A stretch of DNA of 64,000 nucleotides from Eledone cirrhosa (lineage: Eukaryota): assembly GCA_964016885.1 (NCBI GenBank), contig CAXHJY010001173.1:124001-188000 (forward strand), in the 5' to 3' direction. Under the pieces are notes generated by a model. That model was not told where the DNA came from, did not search any database, and saw only the letters and a program-made list of their open reading frames with translations. Positions 1 to 14,070 of this stretch are shown here, one piece after another. The first letter of the stretch is position 1. Each line of letters begins with the position of its first letter. A program made the translations under genes and the position numbers.

Positions 1-1002
1 TACAGAGTTAACTATAGTATTTTTAACGGATCTGGGTGATTAGAGTTAAAATTGACGTAATTTAAGTTCTCATTTAGTTTGTGAAATGGATAATGAAGAC
101 ATGTGTTAAGATTTAGTGTTATATCTAGAAAATTAACAATTTTATGGTTATTCTCTATTTCTACTTTTAGATTAAGGTAATTAAAAAATTGTATAATTTG
201 TTTTCTTTTTCTATTTAGTTCACAGTTATTATTTTCTATAAGTAAAAGCATGTCGTCACGATATAAACCTCCGGTTATCTCAGGTATTTTTCTATGTAGA
301 GAATTAATTATAAATAGGCCCACAAGATCCGTTATCTTAGCGGAATCGGATGATCCCATAGTTATGTCGAAATTATTATTTCTATCTGCCCTAGTCCAGA
401 GTTGGTTATTAAATTCTATTAATGTTTTCCGTGCCGATAATATAATGTGCATTTCATTGCTAGTTAGGTCTGTATGTTTAAATGCGTAAGTTAGTGCCTT
501 ATTCAGTAGATTAGGAGTGATAGATGAGTAATAGTTAGCAATATCCAACTGAATAAACTTATTATTATAGTTATATTTAATTTCTTTAAACCAATCGATA
601 ACTTCACTAGTTCCTTTCCATAATTTTAAATAAGATAAATTCTTAATTTGTGGTATTATTCTGTCTAGAATATTTTTGCTAAGTCTGCCAAGGTCCGATT
701 TAGATGGTGCAATTAATCTGACTGGTAAATCAGTTTCGAAGTTCCTTTTATGATCCTTCATATTAATCTTAGGTTTCCTTGGCATGAAGGGTTGTGTCCT
801 ATTTTCAATGCCTAGTTCATGCATTATATAAGAGGCATCTGTATTCAAATTTTCAAGGTCGTCTTTATTTGCTACTTTGTATTTCTTCCTTAATTCCTTT
901 AATATAAGATCGTTATAATTGTCCTTTTGTATTCCGTAAAGATTATTGGTTTTGTCAGACTTGACTAGAATTTTCTCCGTTTTTTCCAAGTTTTCAATAT
1001 TA

Positions 1003-1008
<6 letters not shown>
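1..1008 (-). mobile_element. Penelope-like retroelement (PLE) reverse transcriptase fragment, YRDD type, frameshifted near position 30 and running off the window
   Basis: Motifs KSDKTNNLY, MKDHKRNF..RLIAPSKSDLG, QLDIANYYSSI, FDITMGSSDSA, GGLYRDD, VNFLDITL, SNHP. After NHP the plausible continuation (RSVKNTIVNSV) is in a shifted frame. Confidence 0.9.
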
Positions 1009-1085
<77 letters not shown>

Positions 1086-1089
<4 letters not shown>

Positions 1090-1540
1090 AAAGTTCTATT
1101 TAGATTGTTGGGATACAACAAGCAAATATTTTTATAACTGATATAAAGCACTCGACAAGTATTTGGAGTAAATATACGATATTAACAAATGGAAACTATA
1201 TTTATAAAACCATATCTATTTCATTATACATATTTCAAGGATACCATGTTAAATTATGGTATGCTTTCATCAGACAAAATACAATATATACCAGTTTTAT
1301 AAATAAATATTGACATACCCTTTCAAAATGCAACCGTTACTTTTGGAAGATATCACTATCCCTGATGTCTTCCAAAAGTAACGGTTGCATTTTGAAAGGG
1401 TATGTCAATATTTATTTATAAAACTGGTATATATTGTATTTTGTCTGATGAAAGCATACCATAATTTAACATGGTATCCTTGAAATATGTATAATGAAAT
1501 AGATATGGTTTTATAAATATAGTTTCCATTTGTTAATATC

Positions 1541-1546
<6 letters not shown>
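1086..1546. mobile_element. Family A hammerhead-bearing element, fold-back palindrome, embedded in (TA)n
   Basis: Apparently perfect inverted arms 1172-1350 / 1368-1546 with a 17-nt spacer. The extra tail 1086-1171 resembles the tails of copies at 9926-10033 and 44190-44310. (TA)n on both sides. Confidence 0.85.
1438..1500 (+). ncRNA. Type I minimal hammerhead ribozyme (mirror copy on minus strand at 1218-1280)
   Basis: ATTTTGT-CTGATGA-AAGCATACCAT/ATGGTATCCTT-GAAA-T-ATGT-A-TA-ATGAAAT. Stems I and II pair; predicted cleavage after A1493. Confidence 0.8.
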
Positions 1547-1614
<68 letters not shown>

Positions 1615-1623
1615 TATAAATAA

Positions 1624-1721
<98 letters not shown>

Positions 1722-1789
1722 TTATAAATATATATATATGCGCAAAGAAGACAAAATAAAATAAACAAACAAACAAATAAATAAATAAA

Positions 1790-2093
1790 TATATAAACAG
1801 ACTAAATAAAGATGGCGTAGAAATTCAATGCAACGGGATGAATCTATAGCACCACTGACGATGTTGCAGATATACAACGAAAGATTTATGATAAACTATA
1901 TATATGTGTTTGTGTCTATATTGTATCTGTATTACTTTTGACCTTTGGTCAGTCAATGGCAACATTGAGGACCGAATAAATTTGATTACCGATATAGAAG
2001 ACACAGAAGCGAAAAGCGAAAACCAACCAAACAGTGAGTGTGTTCTGTTATTAATTCAGGCAATATTACACAAATATGACCCTCCCCAAGTAT

Positions 2094-2099
<6 letters not shown>
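1790..2099 (+). mobile_element. Family C-related hammerhead element (core 1855-1882)
   Basis: CTGACGA-T-GTTG...CAAC-GAAA. Shares upstream ATGGCGTAG and the 3' end ATGACCCTCCC(C/A)AAGTATAACAA(TA)n with the 3042-3640 element. Confidence 0.65.
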
Positions 2100-2135
<36 letters not shown>

Positions 2136-2139
<4 letters not shown>

Positions 2140-2260
2140 ATAATAATAAATTTGAAGACTAAAATCCAAAGAGGGCTCGATAAGGATAAATATATATCAA
2201 ATATATAAGAACCGTAGAGCAAATATTTATTAAAATAACATTAAAGTTTAAGCAAAGAAT
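2136..2260 (-). mobile_element. Family D terminal segment (inverted pLTR-like piece) fused to a PLE endonuclease fragment
   Basis: Reverse complement matches 42890-42950 plus 43393-43440. The same inverted piece precedes the PLE fragment at 40225. Confidence 0.7.
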
Positions 2261-2686
2261 CGGGCTGATTGCCCCATATCCGGGAAATGCCTCTCTAGTA
2301 ACATTGTCTACAAATGTAAGGTTGTAACACCCACGTCCCGTAGGGCCTACATAGGGTTAACCGCCAATAGTTTCAAGCAGCGCCTTTACATGCATACCCA
2401 TTCTTTTCGTCACCCTCTAAGAAGGAATATGACGTCACTTTCAGCTTATATCTGGAGTCTAAAAGACAACCACACCCAATATAAGTTACACTGGGAGATC
2501 CTAGCTATGGCTAGATCGTATAACGGAAATAAAAGACCATGTGACCTCTGCGCCGCTGAGGCCCTGGAAATACTCTACTCCACAGACCACATCTTAAACA
2601 AAAAATCTGAGGCAATTTCGGCTTGTAAACATAAATTGCACAAAACTTTCCTGTATTACAGCCCCACGTTATACCCTAACGGATAG
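2261..2686 (+). pseudogene. PLE GIY-YIG endonuclease domain (5'-truncated)
   Basis: Open frame from 2261: CPISGKCLSSNIVYKC..RAYIGLTANSFKQR..HSFRH..TSLSAYIWSLK..CDLCAAE..LNKKSEAISACKH. Confidence 0.88.
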
Positions 2687-3041
2687 TACGATCTATACGT
2701 GGATATTTTACGTCTTGATGTGGGAGCTAAGTATATGTTTCGTTTATTCCTTTACTTATTTGCATAGGTAAGTATGTATTACCCGTTTGTTTTGTGAAGA
2801 TACGTATACCTTCTCGTACGTATATTTGATTGTTTTGGCGTATAATTTTATATATTCTGGTACATTGGGTTTGGCTATGTGTATACGGGAGTTTTGCGTC
2901 TGTGGGAGTATGCGGGTTCGTACGTATGGTGGGTGTGTGTATACGTGTACTTCTTGTTTTAGTTGACTTACGTCTCCGAACATTCGTGTATTTATATGTA
3001 AGTATGTGTGTGCGCTTGTTATATACGTATTTATTTATTTA

Positions 3042-6607
<3,566 letters not shown>

Positions 6608-6794
6608 GTTAGGTAATTCCAAAGGAAAAAACCAAATAAAGAGATATATGTATATACAGAGAAAGAAAGAGCCATATAGCTCTTTCTTTCGTTATTATAG
6701 CTCTAGATAAAGTCTATTGAGCTTGTTTATTGAGAAGCACAAAATTCTATCATACTTGATATGTTTTGATTCATTATCTGTGAGTGTATATATA

Positions 6795-7340
6795 TATTCT
6801 TCTCCCCATTTTTTCACATATATTTACCTAAACTGCGATTCTGTTTTTCTCTCTCTCTCTCTCTCTCTTACTGCTCCCTCGTTCTCTCTGTTTCTCCTAC
6901 TTTCTTTCGCCCCCTCTGTCATGTCAGTTAACTCTTCCTCACACTTCCACTCATTCACTCACTGTTTCTCCCCTTCTCACTTCACCCCGTTCGCGACGAA
7001 TACATTTTCCTTCTTTCTTACATTTGGATTCATCTCGAAAGGTCTTTTTTCTAAGCGCTCATATATTCACCTAGCTTATGCTAACAGAATAACTATGTAG
7101 CTTGTTCCCTTCCTCTCTACGGTTAGCTTTCCTCTTTGTTGTTTACTTGTCTCACTCGCTTTACGCGTTTTAATTGTCCTAATAACTTAATTTAGTTATT
7201 ATTGCACCGACGTGAGGTATATGATTTTTAATGCAATGAAATATCTATGATCGTCGGCAAATCACTGATGAGGGACTCATTTTATAACATGTTATCCATG
7301 TGCAACCTGCAGTATTCTTCTCCCCATTTTTTCACATATA
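6795..7340 (+). mobile_element. Family F element with direct terminal repeat, kink-turn hairpin (7207-7257) and degenerate hammerhead (core 7265-7271)
   Basis: TATTCTTCTCCCCATTTTTTCACATATA at both ends; colinear with 35050-35605. Confidence 0.75.
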
Positions 7341-7351
7341 TATATATATAC

Positions 7352-7408
<57 letters not shown>

Positions 7409-7529
7409 CATGTGAGAGCGTGTGTGTGCGTTTGAGAGCTAAAGTACGTGGGCATGTAGGCAGGCGTCTGTGGACGCGTATGTTAGTTATATGGTTGTGT
7501 GCGCGTGTGTGTGTGTGTATATATATGGG

Positions 7530-7566
<37 letters not shown>

Positions 7567-7941
7567 ATATATATGGGAATGTATGTATATGGGTATATGT
7601 GTGTGTGAGTAGACTTGTGAAATACCAAACCCAGCATGAATTCATTGAAGTGTGTCAGGCGGAGGGTAGCTGATGGCCAGTCTGACACTAGTTATTGGCC
7701 AGAATTTATGATGACGTAAAAAAACAACAGCCAACAGCAGGACAAGCGAGGAAGATGTTTTTTTACGCTAACACCCCAGTGAGAAAATTTGATCCGAAAT
7801 TATTGCCACTGTACGACCAACTTGCAGTTCTAGAATCAGACAGATCCATACAATGATCGTGTCTCGAGCTGTCTGCCGGGGAAACAATTGTAACACACAA
7901 TAAATTGAGTCCAGATGCATCACTGATTTTTCGTTTTTTTA

Positions 7942-7980
<39 letters not shown>

Positions 7981-7983
7981 TAT

Positions 7984-8392
7984 ATAAATGTAATCCGAGT
8001 TTTTCGAATATTAATAATAACATTCGATTCGTTTGCAATTATGCAAACAAGCCTCCTTTTTATAGCCATGTCAGTAGAATGAACACGTCATTCTTGCTCT
8101 TGTGTTGGCATGCGAATAGAACTGCAGACACTAATGTTTCTGGGTATCACCCTTCATCAGTACAGCTCACTGTTCATCTGCCAAACTAACAGAGCTAGTG
8201 AAAATATATGCTATTTTCAAAAATACACAGTGACTGATCGGCCTGATTTGCATATTAGCAGACTGACTGATCAGACATGGCTTTAAAATTGAGGCTTGTT
8301 TGCATAATTGCAAACGAATCGAATGTTATTATTAATATTCGAAAAACTCAGATGACATTTATTATATTCAGCCATGTAGAACGAAATTTTCT
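7984..8392. mobile_element. Inverted-repeat element enclosing a hammerhead
   Basis: Arms 7984-8072 / 8274-8362, (TA)n flanks; diverged relative at 53341-54000. Confidence 0.75.
8121..8167 (-). ncRNA. Type I hammerhead ribozyme, GUC site
   Basis: Minus strand: AGCTGTA-CTGATGA-A-GGG-TGATA-CCC-A-GAAA-CA-TTAG-TG-TC-TGCAGT(T). All three stems pair. Confidence 0.85.
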
Positions 8393-8411
8393 TATATATA
8401 TATATATATAT

Positions 8412-8636
8412 ATAGGAACCAGTAACACCCCGACGGCTGAGCTCAAGCCGTTTCGACGGCTAATTCTGGACTGAATTAGCCGTTTCGACGGCTAATTCTG
8501 GACAGAATTAGCCGTCGAAACGGCTTGAGCTCAGTCGTTGGGGGTCTTACTGGTTCCTATTACCCACTCTACTACCCTAAGTATTGAGTACTTTGGTGCG
8601 TTATGGTCCACCTGGTTCCTTACCACATTTCCTTCG

Positions 8637-8640
<4 letters not shown>
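8412..8640 (+). mobile_element. Family B fold-back element in (TA)n
   Basis: Palindrome centred on CTGGACAG, then tail ...ACTCTACTACCCTAAGTATTGAGTAC...TTCGT(TA)n. Other copies at 12941, 57495, 58030 and a fragment at 4277-4312. Confidence 0.85.
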
Positions 8641-8703
<63 letters not shown>

Positions 8704-8734
8704 CACACACACACAGGCACACATACATACACAC

Positions 8735-8768
<34 letters not shown>

Positions 8769-8939
8769 GCTGTGAAAGAAAATGTCTTGCTCTTGTTTAT
8801 CCTTCTACTTCTGTCTGACATTCTCTCATCCGATGAAAGACTAACATCTAAAACATTAAGGTTCCTATTAAATCAAGCATTAAACTAATACAAACCATAT
8901 TGTTCTTCTCTGTTGTTTTTTCTTGTTGACTTTCGTATG

Positions 8940-9014
<75 letters not shown>

Positions 9015-9264
9015 ATATATATATAAATATACACATGCACATACACACAAATACATAGACACCAGCACACACAAACACGCAAATTTAGAGCAAGGACACA
9101 CCCAAATTATTATATAGATGACTAGAGATATATATAGAGAGAGGGGTGGGTGGCGTGAAAGAGAGATAGTGGGGAGAGAGAAAGGGGGTGAGAGTGAGTG
9201 AGAGGCAGAGAGAGAGAGAGTGTGTGTGGTGAGAGAGAGAGAGAGTGAGGAGTGAGAGAGAATG

Positions 9265-9321
<57 letters not shown>

Positions 9322-9535
9322 GAGTGAGAGTAAGTGAGTGGAAAGTGAGAGAGAGTAGGGAGAGAAAGAGAGTGAGAGTGAGTGAGTGGAAAGTGAGAGA
9401 GAGTAGGGAGAGAGAGAGAGAGAGTGGGGAGTGAGAGAGAGAGAGAAAAAGAGAGAGTGGGGAGTTATGAGAGATGAGATAGAAATGGGAAAGTAATGCA
9501 GGCAAGTGTGTGTAAATATATACAGTGTGTATATA

Positions 9536-9575
<40 letters not shown>

Positions 9576-9717
9576 TGTGAGAAAAACCACAGACTCTCCA
9601 TCTCAACTCTACTTTTGAAAAGCAGAAGAACTGTGAAACCGGTAAAGGAACCAAATAAATATATATATTTAAAAAAAAAATAAGACTCCAGTTGCATTTT
9701 CGATTTCATCTTTTTTT

Positions 9718-9781
<64 letters not shown>

Positions 9782-9783
<2 letters not shown>

Positions 9784-10031
9784 ATTCAAAATATTAACAA
9801 AATAGATATTCTTGTGATCAAATATATTTTATTATACATATTTCAGAGGTACTGATTTAAGTTCAACAGTACGTCCTCATCAGATAAAATAAGATGATGC
9901 ATGACATAACCTGACATAGTAGATGGTTAATATTTTGAATTAATATTAATAACTCTGGAAACCCTTTTTCCTGTTGATTGCTTCCAATCTATTGTAAAAC
10001 TCATTCTTTGATGTATTCATTGAACCTTGTT

Positions 10032-10035
<4 letters not shown>
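9782..10035. mobile_element. Family A copy; hammerhead on minus strand at 9825-9891
   Basis: Minus: TATTTTAT-CTGATGA-GGACGTACTG...CAGTACCTCT-GAAA-TATGTA-TA-ATAAAATA, perfect 8-bp stem I. Plus-oriented tail 9926-10033. Confidence 0.8.
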
Positions 10036-10067
<32 letters not shown>

Positions 10068-10075
10068 TATATATG

Positions 10076-11452
10076 TATGATAAAGAACACAAGAGCGTCT
10101 ACAACATCAAACATTTTTTATTGGCTTACAATGTTTCTTCGTTACGTAACCGTAGGATTCTTCAGAGCTATAAAAGGGGTTTGATTGGTGTTATGGACTC
10201 TACCAACCAAACATTCAAGAACAAAGAGTAAAAAGAGTAAAGAGCAAAAGCAGGGGACAATAAGTCTAATTTTGGTGCGGGAGGGTGGGGTTTGGGTCCT
10301 TGTTTACTAGCTGTGGTCATATTCATTCCCGGGAGTCGAGTGGTTAGTGGAGCCATAGATGGGGTGGCGTCGATAGTAGGGTGCAGAGGGTGTGCAGAGG
10401 CTACACACACAAAGGGCATACAGTATATATATAATGGAGGAGAAAGTACATGAGGTAATTAGAAATGGAATAAGAATAATAATAATCTATAGTTAATAAT
10501 GTATAAGGCATAGGGAAGATTACACTATAATAAGGTATAAAAGTAAGAATAAGGTAAAATATAAAGGAGAATAAAAATGAAAATAAGAATAAAAAAATAA
10601 AAAAAATAAAAATAAAAATAAAAATAAAAATAAAAATAAAAAATATATATATATAAAAAATATATGGAGAATATATAAAAGATATATGCAAATATTAGAA
10701 AGGGAAAAACATAATGTAAAAAAACATGATATTTTTATTTGACAAAATCTGTTTTGTTACATTGTGTTTTCCCTTTCTAATACTTGCTTATATCTTTTAT
10801 ATATTCTCTATATATTTTTTATATATATTTTTATTTTTTTATTTTTATTTTTATTCTTATTTTCATTTTTATTCTCCTTTATATTTTATCTTATTCTTAC
10901 TTTTATACCTTATTATAGTGTAATCTTCCCTATGCCTTATACATTATTAACTATAGATTATTCTTATTCTTATTCCATTTCTAATTACCTCATGTACTTT
11001 CTCCTCCATTATATATATATTGTATGCCCTTTGTGTGTGTGTAGCCTCTGCACCCTACTATCTATGCCACCCCATCTATGGCTCCACTAACCACTCCACT
11101 CCCGGGAATGAATATGACCACAGCTAGTAAACAAGGACCCAAACCCCACCCTCCTGCACCAAAATTAGACTTATTGTCCCCTGCTTTTGCTTTTTATTCT
11201 CTTTACTCTTTGTTCTTGAATGTTTGGTTGGTAGAGTCCATAACACCAATCAAACCCCTTTTATAGCTCTGAAGAATCCTACGGTTACGTAAGGAAGAAA
11301 CATTGTAAGCCAATAAAAATGTTTTGAATGTTGTAGACGCTCTTGTGTTCTTTATCATATATACGGCTCTGCTCCAAAGCATAGAGCTAATTATTATGCT
11401 GCCAATACCTTAATGGGACACGGGTATACAATACCTAACTCCTATTAACCTA
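10076..11452. mobile_element. Family E element: long inverted duplication with a hammerhead in each arm
   Basis: Arms 10076-10726 / 10750-11362, unique tail 11363-11452, (TA)n flanks. Confidence 0.88.
11259..11318 (+). ncRNA. Type I minimal hammerhead ribozyme, GUA site (mirror copy on minus strand at 10116-10175)
   Basis: TTTTATAGCT-CTGAAGA-ATCCTACG-GTTA-CGTAAGGAA-GAAA-C-ATT-G-TA-AGCCAATAAAA. Confidence 0.78.
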
Positions 11453-11849
11453 AATATATATATATATATATACATACATGTATGATGTGTATATATAAAT
11501 GTGTGTGTGTGTACAAACTATATATTCAGATTTGGTCGCAAATGGAAGTAACTCAGTACATAGGTAGTGTGATTATATAGATATATAGATATATTTACAC
11601 ACACGCACACACACACGTGTGCGTGTGTCAAAATATACATACATATATGTATTTGAATTGAATTAGTAAGTTCTCCATATTAGAGAGAAGTCTAATACTA
11701 ACTGAACATATATACAGCTCTGGAATGGCAAGGGCATTACTATGGAAAGGAATAGAGCGAACTTATAGAGTGAACTTATTTCACAAGAATAACGGGGGTG
11801 GACAGATGGATGGACAGACAAATGAACAAACAGATAGATAGGTAGATTT

Positions 11850-12525
<676 letters not shown>

Positions 12526-12583
12526 TTCGTTTCTGAATTTGTTTAGCAAGATTCTTTATCTGAAAACATGTGTTGAAACCGAT

Positions 12584-12805
12584 ATTGTTATACTTTGGGA
12601 GGGTCATGTTGCCAATAAGAAACACACGCACCAGTTGCTTTCACTTCAATTGATTATAATAAATTTAATATAAATTTATAAATTTATAAATTTCTGGTTG
12701 GTTGGTTGGTTCCACAACCAGATAGTTGTTTATATATTGTCATAGTTCTTTCGTCACACACTCTGTGACCTCTTCAGTGACTGGGGATTCCTTTCTTTGT
12801 TTCTT
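12584..12805 (-). mobile_element. Family C copy; hammerhead at 12739-12781
   Basis: Reverse complement of about 3425-3640; GAAA-GAAC-TA-TGAC. Confidence 0.85.
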
Positions 12806-12829
12806 ATATATATATACACATATACATAT

Positions 12830-12884
<55 letters not shown>

Positions 12885-12940
12885 CATATATATACATATA
12901 TATATATACATATATACATATATATATACATACATATATA

Positions 12941-13125
12941 TGAAAACGTTTGACTCCGATTGCAGAGCTCAAGCCGTTTCGACAGGTATTTCAAGCCGTC
13001 GAAACGGCTTGAGCTCTTCCGTTGGGGTCAAACATTTTCCTATTACCCACTCTACTACCCTAAGTATTGAGTACTCTGGTGCGTTATGGTCCACCTGGTT
13101 CCACACCACACCCCCTTCGTTATAT
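12941..13125 (+). mobile_element. Family B fold-back element (diverged)
   Basis: GAGCTCAAGCCGTTTCGAC...GTCGAAACGGCTTGAGCTC plus the family B tail. Confidence 0.8.
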
Positions 13126-13183
13126 ATATATATAGTTCAGATCTAGCTGTTGAAACGGCAGGAGCTGAGGGTCCTGAATTTTT

Positions 13184-13231
<48 letters not shown>

Positions 13232-13234
13232 TGA

Positions 13235-13400
13235 AGTTTTGTGGTTCACCAGTGGATAGAACTGGTCATTCAGTATAGTTAATCATGGTGCAATAGTAGT
13301 AAAGCACTCAATGTACTGCAACTCAATCATCTTTGGTGTAAGATTCTGTTGGTGGTGCATGAATGGAGGGGAGGTCAGTCTAACCGAATGGATATAGGCT
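13235..13400. repeat. Unclassified interspersed repeat next to (TA)n (second copy at 55021-55150)
   Basis: Shared GTGGTTCACCA(G/C)TGGATAGAACTGGTCATTC and colinear downstream sequence. Confidence 0.6.
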
Positions 13401-13839
13401 GCCCCTGAATCAAATATCTCCAATTTTATCTATTGTCTCCGTGTACCCAGCTTGTGTTTACCATGAATCCTTTATAACTGTTATGCAACACACCTGATGA
13501 TATCACTGGAATTCTACTGGCCATTGAAATATATATAGAGTCTGAAAAAATAAAAACTCATAGGAATTTCAACTTTCTGGCCTCCTGCACTTTATTCAAT
13601 AATTATATATATAATTGTTTCTACTTTAGGCACAAGGCTAGCAATTACCCAGTGCATTACTGGTACTTTATTTTATCGACCCCGTAAGGATGAAAGGCAA
13701 AGTATATATATAATATATCTAAATTATATATACTTGGGGGAATATTGCCTATTATAACACACGTCTCTAATTTAAGAACGCCAACAAACTCACACGCACG
13801 CACATACACACACTGTCCTATTACCATTGAAAAGCTTTG

Positions 13840-14070
13840 GCCCGGGCAAATATCCCCTCAATTTAGCGAACCGTCAGCGTTGTCCAGAACTGAGAAGAAA
13901 AGACCTGACGGTCTAACTCTTGTGCTCCTGGTCAAGAGGCAGGTGTCTTACCTGGGACGACACAGTTAGTGACTCTTTAGCTTTTTCCCACATCCTGGAT
14001 GCAGCGAGAGCTACAGCATCCACAGCTGAACAGAACAAAATCCTAAAATACCCTGATCTGTCAGATGTAT
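13840..14070 (+). mobile_element. CRE-like non-LTR retrotransposon restriction-like endonuclease fragment
   Basis: EPSALSRTEKKRPDGLTL / SWSRGRCLTWDDTVSDSLA..ASTAEQNKILKYPDL, frameshifted. Confidence 0.78.

Noticed and set aside
1009-1151. Apparent N-terminus of the 379-aa RT ORF with 13 in-frame Tyr-Ile pairs
   Set aside because: 1086-1151 resembles the non-coding tail of family A elements (compare 44190-44310), so the open frame through (TA)n is probably fortuitous.
2738-2773. Plus-strand TAG|GTAAGT after a pyrimidine-rich stretch
   Set aside because: Lies in a low-complexity PLE 3' UTR, with a weaker acceptor and on the opposite strand to the stronger site.
7207-7271. SECIS element in family F
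   Set aside because: The bulged strand lies on the 3' side, opposite to SECIS orientation; helix II length and the apical AA spacing do not fit; no adjacent UGA-containing ORF.
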